From: Gammaproteobacteria bacterium
GTDB lineage: Bacteria; Pseudomonadota; Gammaproteobacteria; Ga0077536
DNA: 64,000 bases
NCBI GenBank assembly: GCA_963662545.2
Contig: CAXXLL010000003.1
Coordinates: forward strand, 2,112,001-2,176,000
Reading direction: 5' to 3'
A model generated the notes under the pieces. That model was not told the origin of the DNA, ran no database searches, and worked only from the letters and a program-made list of their open reading frames with translations. Below are positions 45,217 to 55,511 of the stretch, piece by piece (within the stretch, counting starts at the first letter, position 1; each line of letters begins with the position of its first letter). The position numbers and the translations under genes were made by a program.

Positions 45217-46446
45217 ATGGAATCTAAACAAAGTTCGGATCTGACTCGCAGGCGATTCCTTCAAGGGGGGCTGACCGCAGGCACCACGTTGTGGGCGGTT
45301 ACATCTAGCGCCGATGCTCCCGACCCAACTCGCGTACCCGGAAGGACATTCAGCGAAACCGGCGGCTACGGAGTACGTTCGCAATTCGCCGACGAGTCGC
45401 GGCTGGCACTCACACGCAATGGCCTCACGGGCGGCAGCCTCACGCCGCTTGCCAGCGGGCACGGCATCGTGACTCCCGCCGGTCTCCACTACGAGGCCCA
45501 CCACAATGGCTGCCCGACCATCGACCCGAGTCAACATCGGCTGCTCGTACACGGCGGTGTGAATTCTCCAAAGACGTTCACGGTCGCGGATCTGATGCGC
45601 TTCCCGTCCGTAACACGGTTTCACTTTCTCGAGTGCGCTGGCAACGGCTGGTCCGAATGGGAAAAACCGGTCGGGAAAGACGTGCAGTGGACGCACGGAC
45701 TCACGAGCTGCTCTGAGTGGACGGGGGTTCGGCTTGCGACGCTGTTGCGCGAGCTGGGCATTCGGAGCGATGCGAAATGGGTGCTCGCCGAAGGGGGCGA
45801 CGGAGCCGGGTTGATGCGGAGTTTCCCCATTGAAAAGGCGATGGACGATGCCATCCTCGCCTATGCGCAGAACGGCGAGCCCCTCCGCCCAGAGCAGGGC
45901 TTCCCGTTACGCCTCCTCGTGCCCGGATTCGAGGGCAATATGAACGTGAAATGGTTACGCCGCATCGAACTCGGCGACCAACCGTGGTGGACGCAATCCG
46001 AGGTGGCCGAATACGCGGACCCGATGCTCGGTGGCAAGACGCGGGTGTTCTCTTTCGAGATGCACGCCAAATCGGTGATCACAACACCCTCCGGTGGGAT
46101 GCGTCTCGATGCGCCGGGCTTCTATGAGATCAGCGGGCTGGCTTGGAGTGGCCTCGGGAAAGTACACCGCGTCGAAGTGTCGACCGACGGTGGGGGCCGT
46201 TGGCAAGACGCGGTACTGCAACGCCCCGTGCTTTCAAAGTGCCACACCCGCTTTAGCGTCCCATGGAAATGGAAGGGCGAAGAGGCGGTGCTGCAGAGCC
46301 GCGTGACTGACGACAGCGGCTATGTCCAGCCGACCCTCGCGGCGCTTCACAAAGTCCGCGCCGCCGACGGAGGAAACCACAACAACGCCGTCCAGAGCTG
46401 GCGCATCGCCCGCGATGGGGAGGTCGGCAATGTCCACCACACCTAA
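45217..46446 (+). CDS. soxC: SoxC/SorA-type sulfite dehydrogenase molybdoprotein with Tat signal
   Basis: TRRRFL; LECAGN, SCSEWTGV, NGEPLRPEQGFPLRL, GLAWSG. Confidence 0.9.
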   Translation: MESKQSSDLTRRRFLQGGLTAGTTLWAVTSSADAPDPTRVPGRTFSETGGYGVRSQFADESRLALTRNGLTGGSLTPLASGHGIVTPAGLHYEAHHNGCPTIDPSQHRLLVHGGVNSPKTFTVADLMRFPSVTRFHFLECAGNGWSEWEKPVGKDVQWTHGLTSCSEWTGVRLATLLRELGIRSDAKWVLAEGGDGAGLMRSFPIEKAMDDAILAYAQNGEPLRPEQGFPLRLLVPGFEGNMNVKWLRRIELGDQPWWTQSEVAEYADPMLGGKTRVFSFEMHAKSVITTPSGGMRLDAPGFYEISGLAWSGLGKVHRVEVSTDGGGRWQDAVLQRPVLSKCHTRFSVPWKWKGEEAVLQSRVTDDSGYVQPTLAALHKVRAADGGNHNNAVQSWRIARDGEVGNVHHT

Positions 46447-47017
46447 CGCTCCGGTAATCGCCGCGCTGGGTTTTTTCGCTCTGGCCTGCAACGCGGACGA
46501 ACTCCCGAAGCCAACGGCAAGCGAGTTCGGGTTTGGCCGTGTCGCTAGCGCCGAGGAGATCGCGCGCGCAGACATTGACGTGCGCTTCGACGGATTAGGG
46601 CTACCGCCCGGACGTGGCAACGCTACCGAGGGCGCAGCAACCTACGGCGCCCAATGCGCCGCGTGTCACGGAAGCGAACTCGAGGGCAACCCAAACCTTG
46701 GGGTGCGGCCGCTGATCAGCGACTTCCGCCACTCCGTCAACAACCTCCCCTATGCGCCACCGCTCTTCGCCTATATTCGCCGGTCGATGCCACTCACTGC
46801 TCCCGGATCGCTCAGTGACAACGAGGTCTACGGGTTGGTCGCGTTCCTTCTGTCCCGAGCTGGGATCAACACCGCGCCGGACTTAGTACTAGATGCCGCT
46901 GCGCTCGCCGCTGTTGAGATGCCCAATCGCAAGAATTTTTTTACGGACGATGATCCCGGTGTCGTACTCCCGGAGCCGGCGCACCGCAAAGATATAGGCT
47001 CTGGTCTCCGAAGGTAG
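46430..47017 (+). CDS. SoxD/SorB-like monoheme cytochrome c, probable lipoprotein
   Basis: LAC lipobox; DG.GLPPG.G, CAACHG, YIRRSMP, MPNR. Confidence 0.85.
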   Translation: MSTTPNAPVIAALGFFALACNADELPKPTASEFGFGRVASAEEIARADIDVRFDGLGLPPGRGNATEGAATYGAQCAACHGSELEGNPNLGVRPLISDFRHSVNNLPYAPPLFAYIRRSMPLTAPGSLSDNEVYGLVAFLLSRAGINTAPDLVLDAAALAAVEMPNRKNFFTDDDPGVVLPEPAHRKDIGSGLRR

Positions 47018-47064
47018 ACTCGAGCGGTTTTCAAGCATGTCCCGATGGGGAAAGCATTAATATA

Positions 47065-48111
47065 CGTAATTATCCCCTTAACACGTCATCACTCATGCCC
47101 TAATATAGGGGCATAGGAGAAGGCGATGACGACATTCTACGAATTTCAAAAGCAGTTCCCGGACGATGAGGCGTGCTTGCATCACATGATGACCGCGCGC
47201 TACGGCGGTACAGAGTTCGACTGCCCGAAGTGCGGGCAGCACAGCAAGTTCTATCGCCTGAAACGCGACCGAGCCTATCTGTGCCAGCACTGCAAGCATC
47301 ATATCTACCCCTGCGCCGGAACGCTCATGCACCGCAGTCGCACCCCGCTCCATAAGTGGTTTTATGCGATGCACTTGTTCTCTGTCTCTCGTCACGGGGT
47401 GGCAGCGAAGGAATTGGAGCGTCAGCTTGGTGTGACTTACAAGTGTGCGTGGCGCATGGCGCACCAGATCCGCAAGTATATGGCCGATACGGACGGCGAG
47501 TGGCCGTTGGGCGGACCTGGAGGCGGCGATATTGAGGCGGATGAGACGTATGTGGGCGGTAAGAGATCTGGCGGCAAACGCGGACGCGGCGCTCCCGGTA
47601 AAACTGTTGTGTTCGGTATGCTTGAACGTGGCGGCGATGTGATGACGAAGGTCGTTCCGAACGTGCGTAAAAAGACCCTTCAGCCCATCATCAAGGCGAA
47701 CGTCAAAGCGGGCAGCACGGTTCATACCGACGAACTGAAGTCCTATAGCGGGCTGTCTCGGGCCGGATACGAGCATGAGACGGTTAATCACGGCGCGGGT
47801 GAATATGTGAGCGGTGCGTGCCACGTCAACGGCATGGAAGGCTACTGGGCACGCCTCAAGCTTTCGATCCGCGGGACGCACGTCCACGTTTCCGGGAAGC
47901 ACCTTCAGAAATACGCGAAGGAGTTTGAGTACCGCTATAACCGCCGGAATCGGCCTGACGCGATTTTCGGTGATCTGGTGGCAAACCTCTGACCGCGGCA
48001 TCAAGCAACACCTCGAAGCGTTGGGCTGCGTAGGGGTGCGGGTCTTCAACATCTCGCGGATTCATAGGCTTGTATACGCTCATATCGCCTCCAGAAATGG
48101 TATGTAATTAC
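47065..48111 (+). mobile_element. IS1595 element; transposase 47126-47992
   Basis: GTAATTA ends; Zn ribbon, EADETYVGG, EFEYRYNRR. Confidence 0.93.
47856..48083 (-). CDS. Small convergent ORF inside IS1595
   Basis: Strong GGAGG RBS; overlaps the transposase 3' end by 137 nt. Confidence 0.45.
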   Translation of the reverse strand: MSVYKPMNPRDVEDPHPYAAQRFEVLLDAAVRGLPPDHRKSRQADSGGYSGTQTPSRISEGASRKRGRASRGSKA

Positions 48112-48846
48112 TCAAGAAAATTCTTCTTCTAACGTTTCAAGCGCATCAAATATTTGGCCCGGCACATGATCATTTGCATTTGCAAAGCCTTCTTCCAACG
48201 CGTCTTCCGCCAAATCCCACAACGAATCTACTTCATCCGGGTTGTTACTTGGCAGGTGGAGCTTTCCTGACAGGCGGCGCTTCTTTAAAGCTTGCGCCGC
48301 GAAAACATCCATTTCAGATGTTCTGTGCTGGGCATTTTTAAAATCCTTGTAAAATGCTTCAATTTCTTCTGTTGTCGAGGCATTCATAATGGCCCGGACA
48401 ACTCGCCAGCCGTTGCCGGGATTCTTTCGCGCGACTCTTTTATCGGCCCATATTTGCCAGAATCTTCGAATGCGAAACCAGATGGACGGAGGTTTAGCGG
48501 TTCCTGTCGCGGGCAGCGTCGTGATGTGAGCCACTATTGGCTGTGCTTTGCCAGTACTACGTAGCTTCTGTTGGCGAATGCTAAATTCACAAACAATCCC
48601 TAATAGGAGGACGAGCCCGATAATGGTCCACCAATACCAAGGCAAAAAGCCGCCAGTCATGATTGCCACGTCGTAGACAGTGGGCAATTTATCCGCCAAT
48701 TCCTTCGATAAAAATTGAGCGCCAAAGAGGTCCCAACCAGAGGCAAGGAAGTATAACCACAGGACGACTTTTGCTGCCGGACGACCAAGCGCAAGACTGA
48801 AAAAAACTCTCCACCGATCTTCAAACCATTGGCGCGGCTGCAGCAT
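48112..48846 (-). CDS. Hypothetical membrane protein, lower GC
   Basis: 244-aa ORF with two N-terminal TM helices. Confidence 0.6.
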   Translation of the reverse strand: MLQPRQWFEDRWRVFFSLALGRPAAKVVLWLYFLASGWDLFGAQFLSKELADKLPTVYDVAIMTGGFLPWYWWTIIGLVLLLGIVCEFSIRQQKLRSTGKAQPIVAHITTLPATGTAKPPSIWFRIRRFWQIWADKRVARKNPGNGWRVVRAIMNASTTEEIEAFYKDFKNAQHRTSEMDVFAAQALKKRRLSGKLHLPSNNPDEVDSLWDLAEDALEEGFANANDHVPGQIFDALETLEEEFS

Positions 48847-49092
48847 CCATACAGCATGCCCGTTAGGTTATGACGTGTCAATGGGATAAACACGAAAAAC
48901 TTTCCCAGTGCTCTCCTGGAATTGGACTCAATGGGTATGGGTTTCATCCGTGTCGATGGTTGAATATTTTCGCCCCCAACAGGCTAACTGACCTGTGCTG
49001 CCATAATCTTCGATATCGCGGGCTAACTTGAACTCATCTACGCCATCGTTCCATAGACGCTGGTAAAGTTCATGCATTGTCCGATCTGGATA

Positions 49093-50367
49093 CAAGAAGT
49101 GGACCCCGGATCTTGGACACTGTCTTAAGTGAAATCTCCACTGGGTCTTAGGCCGCTTGGGCGACCTCATCGAAGTACACCGCATCCGGGGTGCGTCGGT
49201 CCAGCGCCGTGTGGCGGCGCCGAGCATTGTAGAAATCGAAATAGCGGGTGAGGCCGACACGCAGCGCGGCCGGCGTGTCATAGGCTCGCAGGTAGATATC
49301 CTCGTACTTCACGCTGCGCCACAGTCGCTCGACGAAAACGTTGTCGAGCCAGCGCCCCTTGCCATCCATGCTGATCGCCACGCCGTGTGTCTTGAGCACA
49401 TCGGTGAACGCCTCGGAGGTGAATTGCGCGCCCTGGTCGGTGTTGAAGATCTCCGGCGCCCCGTACCGAGCCAACGCCTCCTCAAGTGCCTCGACACAGA
49501 ACGCACTGTCCAACGTGTTCGATACCCGCCACGAGAGCACCCGCCGCGAGTACCAATCCATCACCGCGACCAGATACATGAACCCCCGGGCCATCGGGAT
49601 ATAGCAGATGTCCGTTGCCCAGACCTGGTTCGCCCGCGCGACCGAAATGTCCCTGAGCAAGTACGGGTAGACCTTATGGCCACGACCCGCCACGCTTGTG
49701 CGAGGCTTCGGATAGAGCGCCGCCAGCCCCATCTGGCGCATCAGTCGCTGCACCCGCTTGCGATTGACCCAATGCCCGCGGGTCTCCAGTTCGTCGCGCA
49801 TCCGACGACTGCCGTAGAACGGGCGTTCGAGATGAATCTCGTCGATCAGACGCATCAGCGCCAAGTCTGCCTCCGACACTGGGCTCGGGCGGTAGTACGC
49901 CGTCGAGCGCGCGACCTCGAGCAGCTCACAGCGCCGGGTGACCGGCAACGAATGTTCGCGCTGGACCATCTGTCTGCGCTCGCTCATCGGTCGCGACCGA
50001 GCGCTTTGGATAAAAAATCCTTCTCCATTGTCAGTTGACCGATTTTGGCGTGGAGCTTCTCGGTCTCGCGTTCACCGTTCTCGCCTCCGTCCTTAGCGCC
50101 ATTGCCAAAAAACTCCTCCGCTTGCGACAACAGCTTCTTCTTCCAGTCCTGGATTTGATTGGGGTGAATATCAAACTGCTCAGCGAGTTCAACCACCGTG
50201 CGGTCCTCTCGAACCGCCGCCACAGCCACTTTCGCCTTGAAGCTTGCCGAATGATTGCGTCGTTTCCTCTTTGTCATCTTCTGCTCCTTCTCCGCCGAGT
50301 ACTTTAATACAGAAGATTTCACTTAGCTCCGCCGTTCAGCTGTCCAATCGATGGGGTCCACCGCTCA
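49093..50367 (-). mobile_element. IS3-family element, complete (orfA 49984-50277, orfB 49148-49987)
   Basis: GTGGACCCC...TTGGACA inverted repeats; WATDI, NTDQG.QFTS, DNVFVERLW. Confidence 0.95.
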
Positions 50368-51013
50368 CCTCACCATCTCCTGGCTCTCCCCGCGGATAGG
50401 CGCGCACGTAGGCCATCGGTGAGTGACTCACACGCAGGTGCGTGACCTTCGCCGTCGTCGTCACCCCGTCAATGACGACCATCTCATGCGACCAGTCAAA
50501 CTGATAGACCTCACCCGGCGCGAACACCAGCGCGACGTAGGCGTCGCTGACGGTCGACCCGCGCCGTTGCTGCCACGTCTTTGTGTACCGCCGCACCGCC
50601 TCGTAGCTGCCGGCGTAGCCTTCCGCGCGTAACTGCTCGAACAACCGCATCAACGTCAGCCGTTCGCGTTTGGTTTTGCCCGCATTCTCCTCGAGCAACC
50701 CTTCTAACCGTGCCAGATGAGGGCCCAGCTTGGGATAGACCACCAACGCCCGTTCGTAGCTGAACGTCGTCTCCTGCGCACGCAGCGCCTTGTGAACCGT
50801 ATTCCGAGATACCCCGCGCGACCCGACGATCGATTTAATACTTTTCCCGTGTACGAAATGATCCCGCCGGATCTTCCCCAGTGTCCCCACCGTCAACATC
50901 CCCACCAAGCCTCAGCGATAAAACGCCGGACTTTCTCATGAAGACCCAGGGTGGAGTCATTTTTCGACGCCGAGCACCCCATAAACAGGGTCAATATCCC
51001 ACGCCGATCAACA
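50368..51013 (-). mobile_element. IS21 5' remnant (istA N-terminus)
   Basis: TGTTGATC end; VSRNTV, YQFDW. Confidence 0.85.
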
Positions 51014-51099
51014 CGGTATAGATTGACCCCGCTGGCTGATTGAGCTGGGCCATGTCAAGGTACCCGCCGCACAGGAACACATCGTGAACACTTGAAAGA

Positions 51100-51432
51100 A
51101 TGACAGCACAGCGTCCAGGATATGACGGCACCCAACCCGACGACGGGTGGCCAGTGGAACAGCGCGTGCCTGATGCTGGCGCCGTGCGGCTGTGCGACCT
51201 TCACCCTCGCGACACGCTGGCGCTGGTTTGCGGGCCCTGCGGGCGACGTGGCCGCTATCAGGTCGCGCTCCTGATTGGGACCTGCGGACCGCAGGCCGGA
51301 CTACCCGATATTCGTTGCGCCCTGGCGGCGGTGGGCGAATGCGACGCCTCAACCCATCCGCTGCGACCCTGCCAGGCGCGGTTTGAGGGTCTTGACGGCA
51401 GGCGACGCTCACATGCTGCATCGCCGTGCTGA
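51100..51432 (+). CDS. Small Cys-rich hypothetical protein
   Basis: CGPCGRRGRY...C...C. Confidence 0.55.
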   Translation: MTAQRPGYDGTQPDDGWPVEQRVPDAGAVRLCDLHPRDTLALVCGPCGRRGRYQVALLIGTCGPQAGLPDIRCALAAVGECDASTHPLRPCQARFEGLDGRRRSHAASPC

Positions 51433-51726
51433 GCCGCTCGCATCGCGACTGACCAACCCCCCGGGGACATCGAGAACACAAGGTCAGCGTCGATGTCGCT
51501 TCGACACGATGGCCAGACAAGTCTATATCCGGCAGGACAAGACTTTTGAGCGGTCAAGGTGCCGCGCCGGACAACGGGCGTCACCGCTCATCATAAGTGC
51601 GCATCGTCTCCAGAATGCTTATAACGTCTCGCTCGTTCTCCATCCCACCGTGGTAATGAACGTGGGATCAACAAGGATTTAGACAATTAAAAACAATATC
51701 TATCAATCACCTACTTAGATCTATTC

Positions 51727-51745
51727 GCGGACGACGCGACCGCGT
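51727..51745 (+). repeat. attR; carries the original coxG end (ADDATA-TAA)
   Basis: GCGGACGACGCGACCGCGT followed by AA. Confidence 0.85.
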
Positions 51746-51804
51746 AAATTATTCGGACATAATTCGCTAGAATGCAGGGCCTTCGGCCGGGGGGAGTAAC
51801 AACA

Positions 51805-52263
51805 ATGAAAGTCTCGTTTTCAGTCAACGGCACAGAGGTCAGCGGGGACGTGGAACCGCGCACCCTGCTGGTTGATTTTCTCCGCAACGACCTCCGTCTG
51901 ACCGGCACACACGTGGGCTGTGACACCAGCCAGTGCGGCGCCTGCGTCGTTCACGTGGACGGCCGCTCGATCAAGAGCTGCACCCTGCTCGCAGTACAGG
52001 CCGAGGGCACGCAGGTCACGACCATCGAGGGCCTGGCCGACGGCGACACGCTGCATCCCATGCAGGCCGCATTTCGCGAAGAGCACGGCTTGCAGTGCGG
52101 GTTCTGCACGCCCGGCATGATCATGAGCGCGATCGACCTGCTGCAGAACAACGCGGATCCGACGGAAAAGGAGATCCGGGACTGGCTGGAAGGCAACCTG
52201 TGCCGGTGCACGGGCTATCACAACATCGTCAAGTCGATACAAACAGCGGCGAAATCGCAGTAA
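51805..52263 (+). CDS. coxS: CoxS-like (2Fe-2S) subunit
   Basis: [26 protein letters not shown]. Confidence 0.93.
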   Translation: MKVSFSVNGTEVSGDVEPRTLLVDFLRNDLRLTGTHVGCDTSQCGACVVHVDGRSIKSCTLLAVQAEGTQVTTIEGLADGDTLHPMQAAFREEHGLQCGFCTPGMIMSAIDLLQNNADPTEKEIRDWLEGNLCRCTGYHNIVKSIQTAAKSQ

Positions 52264-52305
52264 GCCCCGCCTTCGTACGCGCGGCCAAGCAAGAGGGAAC
52301 GAACC

Positions 52306-53100
52306 ATGTACCGATTCGATTATCAGGCACCCGACTCGATCGAAGCCGCGCTGGCGGCGTTGCGCGAGAATGACGAGGCGAAGATCATAGCCGGCGGCAT
52401 GACACTGTTGCCGACGATGAAACTGCGTTTGGCACGTCCCGATGTGCTGATCGACATCAACCGCATCGGATCGCTCGCCGGGATCGCGGAGAAGGACGGG
52501 GCGATCGTGATCGGCGCTATGACGCGTCATGCCGACGTCGCCGCCTCGAAGTTCGTACGGGATCGCATTCCCGGTCTCGCGGACCTGGCGGAGGCAATCG
52601 GGGATCCCCAGGTGCGAAACCGCGGCACGCTCGGTGGCTCCGTCGCCAACAACGATCCCACGGCAGACTATCCGGCCGGGCTCGTCGGTCTCGGCGCCAC
52701 GGTCGTCACCGACACCCGCGAGATCGCGGCCGACGATTTCTTCACCGACATGTTCGAAACCGCCCTCAAGGACGACGAGATAATCACCGCCGTGCGCTTC
52801 CCGATTCCCAAACGCGCCGCCTACATGAAGTTTCCCAATCCCGCCTCGCGCTACGCCATCGTCGGCGTCATGGTGGCGGAGGCCCCTCACGGAATCCGTG
52901 TCGCGGTCACCGGGGCCGCGCCCTGCGTGTTTCGGGTGACGGCGATGGAGGATGCACTCGGGCAGGACTTCACGTCGGACGCCATCGCGTCGATCGTGGT
53001 GGACGGCGCCGAATTCAACGAGGACATGCACGCCAGCGCCGAGTATCGCGCCCATCTCGTGAACGTGATGGCCAGGCACGCGGTGGCTGCCGCGGGCTAG
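52306..53100 (+). CDS. coxM: CoxM-like FAD subunit
   Basis: [23 protein letters not shown]. Confidence 0.92.
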   Translation: MYRFDYQAPDSIEAALAALRENDEAKIIAGGMTLLPTMKLRLARPDVLIDINRIGSLAGIAEKDGAIVIGAMTRHADVAASKFVRDRIPGLADLAEAIGDPQVRNRGTLGGSVANNDPTADYPAGLVGLGATVVTDTREIAADDFFTDMFETALKDDEIITAVRFPIPKRAAYMKFPNPASRYAIVGVMVAEAPHGIRVAVTGAAPCVFRVTAMEDALGQDFTSDAIASIVVDGAEFNEDMHASAEYRAHLVNVMARHAVAAAG

Positions 53101-53254
53101 AGAAGCAGTCTCAAAATGCGCCTGAGACCTTGATACTGCGTTGCACGACCTTCTCCGGTGCGGGGCGGTGAAGCCGCAAATTGGTCATAAACTGCGCTCC
53201 TCGAAGGCCGCGCGCCTTGTCTGAACGCCTCAGGCGCATTTTGAGACCGTTTCT
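53101..53254. mobile_element. MITE-like element with 26-bp terminal inverted repeats (2 mismatches)
   Basis: AGAAGCAGTCTCAAAATGCGCCTGAG ... CTCAGGCGCATTTTGAGACCGTTTCT. Confidence 0.75.
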
Positions 53255-54105
53255 AACCCCGGTATCGGTCTCGGCGAACTCGCGAGCGTTTTTGACGACC
53301 TGCGGCCGGACATCGTCGTGACGGTGGCTGATCGGTTCGAAACCATGGCGACCGCGGTGGCGGCGAGTTACCTGAATATTCCGCTCGCGCATATCCAGAG
53401 CGGCGAGGTCACCGGATCCATCGATGAGAAGGTTCGGCATGCGGTGACCGAACGCGCCGATCTGCACTTCGTGGCCTCGCCCCATGCGCAGAAACGTGTT
53501 GAATCGTTGGGTGGGCGCGCGGAGAAGGTGTTCTTGAGCGGTTGTCCGTCCATCGACATCGTCAAGCAGGCACTTAGCTGTCCGGATCCGGATTTCGACG
53601 TGTTCGAGCGCTATACCGGTGTCGGTCCGAGACTCGATCTTTAGGACGGCTATATCGTGGTGATGCAGCACCCTGTCACGACCGAATATGACGAATCGCG
53701 GCGGCACGTAGAGGAGACATTACACGCGGTGAATGATCTCGGCCTCGCGACATTGTGGTTCTGTCCCAACGTGGATGCCGGTGCTGACGGAACGTCGTCC
53801 GGAATTCGCGCTTTTAGTGAGATACATGCGCCGCGGAACATTCACTTTTTCAAAAGCACCGCTCCTGAAGATTTCGTCCGAATTCTAGACAGCAGCGAGT
53901 GCATCGTCGGTAATTCGAGCGCGGGTATACGCGAGTGCGCTTATCTCGGCGTTCCCGCGGTAAACATTGGCAGCCGGCAGGCAGGACGCGGCCGCGGCAC
54001 GAACGTTCGCGATGTCGATTATGACCGCGCGGCGATTAGCGCCGCGATCGAGGCCTATCGGTAGGAAGGACAGCTCGCGCCGGATCTGATCTACGGCGGA
54101 GGCGG
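53255..54105 (+). pseudogene. neuC: UDP-GlcNAc 2-epimerase (hydrolysing) relic
   Basis: ADRFE, HIQ.GEVTGSIDE, QHPVTTE, GNSSAGIRE; 5' end missing, internal stops. Confidence 0.85.
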
Positions 54106-54259
54106 GGGAAAAATGGTATTGATCATAGAGCTCCATATCCTGGCTCGTGACTATGATCGTCTCACCGCTCGCTCCAGTCTTGTTGAAATTGTCGTCCGCC
54201 GCGAGGGTTGTCGCGAACAGCATTGCAGCCGCGAATATCGTTACGAATCGGTTCGTCAA
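54100..54259 (-). pseudogene. Probable secreted Rid-family protein, N-terminal fragment
   Basis: Signal peptide then YDQYHFSPA; breaks at the neuC relic. Confidence 0.45.
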
Positions 54260-54296
54260 ATGCTCCCTTAATAGATGTTTTTCAGATGGTTCGAGC

Positions 54297-54683
54297 TCAG
54301 GCTTTAGCGGCGACGAGCTCTACCTCGACCAGCCATTCCGGCTTGGCCAGCGCCTTGACGATAATGCCCGTGGAAGCGGGCCGCGCATCACCAAAGAACT
54401 TGGCGCGGGCTTGCGCCATCGGCCAGAAGTCGTCCTCGCTCGTCACGAAGGTCGTTACTTTGACGACATCATCCATCCCCATTCCGGCGGATTCCAGAAT
54501 CGCCATGAGATTGGTCCAGGTGGCTTCAGTCTGGGCCTCGATTCCATCGGGCGTCGTGCCGTCGGGCAATAGGCCTACCTCCCCCGCGGTGTAGAGGACT
54601 CGCGAGTTCGGCGGGATCTCAATGCCGTGGCTGTAGGCTGCGACCGGCGGCGCGATCGTGTCGGGTACATGCTTCTTGTTCAT
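54297..54683 (-). CDS. RidA/YjgF family protein
   Basis: YSHG, VVKV, R...F...PAST, LVEVE. Confidence 0.9.
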   Translation of the reverse strand: MNKKHVPDTIAPPVAAYSHGIEIPPNSRVLYTAGEVGLLPDGTTPDGIEAQTEATWTNLMAILESAGMGMDDVVKVTTFVTSEDDFWPMAQARAKFFGDARPASTGIIVKALAKPEWLVEVELVAAKA

Positions 54684-54704
54684 GGGACCTCCGTTGTTGT
54701 GAGT

Positions 54705-54973
54705 AGAAGCGGTCTCAAAATTATACGGGGTCGCGCCGCTGGCTGTTTTCGCGAAGTTCAAGGCGCGAGGAGCGTGGTTGACCGGGTGTCAATGAGCGAC
54801 GAGCAACGCCGAAATGCGCGAAAACAGGTGGCGGCCCTCCGGGTTGGTACCCAAAAAGCCCATCTACCGCGTTGCAGCGCTTGAACATAGAACCACTATG
54901 CCCTGCGCACTGCGCCTTGTAGCTGGGCTTTTTGGGTACCAACGCGACCCCGTATAATTTTGAGACCGCTTCT
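54705..54973. mobile_element. MITE-like element with perfect 31-bp terminal inverted repeats and an internal 20-bp inverted repeat
   Basis: AGAAGCGGTCTCAAAATTATACGGGGTCGCG at both ends; internal GTTGGTACCCAAAAAGCCCA repeat. Confidence 0.8.
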
Positions 54974-55058
54974 CGGAAGATGATGATTTTGGCTACTCCG
55001 CGGGCTGCCACCTCGTTTCGGGTTGACGCGCGCTGCGCCGCCCCGCGCGATCCGCCGC

Positions 55059-55511
55059 TCAGGCTTCGACGAGCTCGAGAACGATGCCGTCCGGATCCCG
55101 GAAGCAGCAGAACTTGAAGTCGCCGAAGGGCGGGAAGTTCAGCGTCTGCGGGGGCGAGAGAAACGCCACGCCCTTGTCCTTGAGATCGCCGTAGGTCTTG
55201 TCGATGTCGTCGACTTTGAGCGCGATGCGCCCGATCCCGTTGTTGCTGCACTCGGGGTAAGGCCGGCCCGTCATCGCGGGCTCGATCCATTGCTCGACGT
55301 CGATGATCAGTCCATCCTCGTCGTCACCTAGGCGTATGAGCGCCCAGCGCATGCGACCGTTCCCTTCATAGCCAAAACCTCTGGCGAGGATGGGATTGTC
55401 GACCGTGAGCTCGCCTTCGACCACGGAAAAGCCCAGCACGTCACAGTAAAACGCGAGCGTTCTGTCCAGATCCTCTATCACGATGTTGATGTGAAATATT
55501 CGCTGCAGCAT
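55059..55511 (-). CDS. VOC/glyoxalase family protein
   Basis: HINI...DLDR.LAFY..VLGF, FRDPDG..LELV. Confidence 0.9.
   Translation of the reverse strand: MLQRIFHINIVIEDLDRTLAFYCDVLGFSVVEGELTVDNPILARGFGYEGNGRMRWALIRLGDDEDGLIIDVEQWIEPAMTGRPYPECSNNGIGRIALKVDDIDKTYGDLKDKGVAFLSPPQTLNFPPFGDFKFCCFRDPDGIVLELVEA

Larger units (their letters stand above)
11173..51745. mobile_element. ~40.5-kb integrative island (phage-satellite-like core plus cargo) inserted in the coxG 3' end
   Basis: Terminal direct repeat, integrase at the left end, and excision restores coxG(TAA)-RBS-coxS. Confidence 0.85.

Noticed and set aside
40866-51013. IS21 remnants ending at 41187 and 51013 as two halves of one element
   Set aside because: Their terminal repeats differ and the orientations are incompatible.
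51820-53079. 419-aa minus-strand ORF (likewise 1835-2716, 11226-12137, 44051-44860, 47093-48052, 49157-50038)
   Set aside because: Antisense shadows of recognisable genes in GC-rich DNA.
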